Below, piece by piece: positions 62,145 through 64,000 of a DNA stretch of 64,000 nt. The translations under genes were made by a program, and so were the position numbers. Each line of letters opens with the position of its first letter. The first letter of the stretch is position 1. The notes under the pieces were generated by a model. It made no database searches, was not told the origin of the DNA, and saw only the letters and a program-made list of their open reading frames with translations. Where the stretch lies: assembly GCF_006345805.1 (NCBI RefSeq), contig NC_043006.1, positions 24,304,001 through 24,368,000 on the forward strand, written 5' to 3'. This DNA is from Octopus sinensis. Lineage: Eukaryota.

Positions 62145-64000
62145 CAGGAATAATACAAGTCTGAAAAGAAATCCAATTTACATGAATAATTCATGATTCA
62201 GCTGAATGCCATTGGGAAAAGGAAACAGAAGGGAACAAACTGCAAATTGTCAGATGACTGTTCAATTAAATGAATATTAGTGTAAAATTTATTAATTTGC
62301 AATCAGTTAACAGACATAGATAAAGCTGTAGTGGAAAACATCAACATTGCAAATCTGAGAGGAAAGGGGATTTGAAAAGATAAATCAATTTATATTTGTA
62401 GACATATTTTTAAAACAAATCTGCTCATTTTTTTTTTTTTTTTGTGGGAGGGTTACATGTAGAGCCATCTATTAGAAAATAATACAGCTTGGCTAAAATA
62501 AAAGCATGGTTTACAAGGAATATTTGTTGAACAGCTTCAGATAAACTGATATATTTGGTGAAAGCACTACTAAAATTAAAGAGAAATATGAAATATATTT
62601 AGATATTTAGCAAACAGTACATAAATATTTAGTTAAGGTATTTTAATAGAAAGTTATGATAAGAGAGAGAGTAGGAGAAAGGGAGAGGAAAAGAAATAAG
62701 AGAAAAGCATTTGTAAGTGCCAAGTGAAACAGGGAAGAAGAACAAGCCTGAAGCTATTAGGTGAAGACATAGCAGACCAAGCTTATTGAGTTTGAATTTA
62801 AATTGAAGAACAATTGGTACAAAGAATGTTGAATGCCAGGGCCAGTGAAGAAGATATTATTATTCCATGTTAGAGATATAGCCAAAATGATAAGATAGGG
62901 ACAATTACTGCAGGTTTTAATGAGTACAGTATTATCTGGCAATTGAAAGTACCAATATGTTGGAAGTAATATATCAAAGAAGAGAGGGGGGAGAGAGAGA
63001 AAGAGAACGGTAAAGGAGCCTCAACTCTGATGTAATGACAGTAGCAAGGAAAAGATGACATAGGAGAAGTTTGGAGACAAATATGTGAAAAGAATAGGAA
63101 AAAGAGATTAGAAAGGAATTGAGTAGAAGAAAATGAAAGATAAAAGAAGTTTAGATAAAAGGGAAATCCCCGCAGAGTAGAGTGAAGGATTCTATGAATA
63201 AAGAAACTCTTCACTGTGTGAATAGAGGTTGTCAACATTGTATGGCAGTGTAATAGACTATTCCAGTATAGTGAGGTGGTGATTTTGTAGTCTGAAAGCC
63301 ATGGAATATTGAATAAATTCTTGCAAACTGTTGATTTTGTGTTCTTAAAAAATTGCCATTGGATTTTTAGGAATAGAAATGGTCTCTAAATATTCTCAAC
63401 TGAAGGAAAGACCATTAAAAGTTTTTACTGGATATTTGAGAAAGAGGAAACTTGTGTAATAGCCTGCTCCATATCACTCATTTTATTTACTTGTCTTACA
63501 TTCTCTAAGTTAGTGAATAGATTGACAAAAGAGTTTTTATATAAATATCTCTTTTTATAAAATTTCTGTACAATTTGAGGCATTCAAATTTACATTGAAG
63601 AAATGGACTACTTTTTAACATATTAAAAACATTTCTGAAATATTCTGTAGAAATTTTTTACACCTGAATTTATTAACACTAAATTAAATTTATTTATGTA
63701 AATAATATATTATATATATATTATACAGATTAAAAAAAAATCAGTCAGCCATGCTATAAAATCAAGGAAGTAGACAAAAACATTGATTTCACAATATATT
63801 AGTGTTTATCTTTTGTATATTAGTATGTTTGTCAAAATTTGTTAGTAAGGCATGCATTATTTTGAAGCAATCCAGTTTACAGCTATCTAAAACTTGCTCA
63901 ATCTGTTTTCAATGAAGCCATAGTCAGACTGTCAAAAGTATGTTGCGATAGTATTGTCACCTTGTTTACAGTAGGTAGGAATCCTTCAATTTTATGCCTC

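Noticed and set aside
62150-63450. Purine-rich stretch and ORF 62870-63238, as a possible further exon or decayed LINE
   Set aside because: No recognisable motif, no RPEL or KPWKW-type N-terminal PHACTR sequence, and no matching splice-site pair.
63500-63504. cttag|AGAAT|gtaaga, a possible 5-nt microexon
   Set aside because: Not frame-preserving, weak pyrimidine tract, and the branch-like motif is too close to the AG.

Overview
AT-rich, microsatellite- and transposon-dense animal DNA. The repeat families and composition suggest an octopod cephalopod, which is an inference. The window holds the 3' part of one minus-strand gene, a PHACTR (phosphatase and actin regulator) orthologue. I reconstructed nine coding exons by hand, all GT-AG and phase-consistent (56545-56706, 49703-50177, 44888-45054, 39188-39344, 16559-16614, 14451-14512, 13332-13469, 11518-11594, 6187-6202). 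Together they give 1310 nt, about 435 aa, containing three C-terminal RPEL motifs and the PP1-binding tail ending ...TRFHRP*. A probable 3'UTR of about 6 kb follows. The N-terminus and first RPEL motif lie beyond the window. The introns carry relics of RTE, CR1, HERO/NeSL-like and R4/Dong-like LINEs, Penelope-like elements, Helitrons, Tc1, mariner, Chapaev3-like and piggyBac-derived elements, and four tRNA-derived SINE families. The most notable structures are intronic foldback palindromes whose arms carry hammerhead-ribozyme cores pointing away from the symmetry centre. The best case is a 136-bp zero-spacer palindrome (27237-27372) encoding a hammerhead fold on each strand. Also notable are a candidate 3-nt microexon (59139-59141), a candidate 48-nt cassette exon, and several long inverted repeats that would form pre-mRNA dsRNA. 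Transposon boundaries without TIR or TSD support are approximate.
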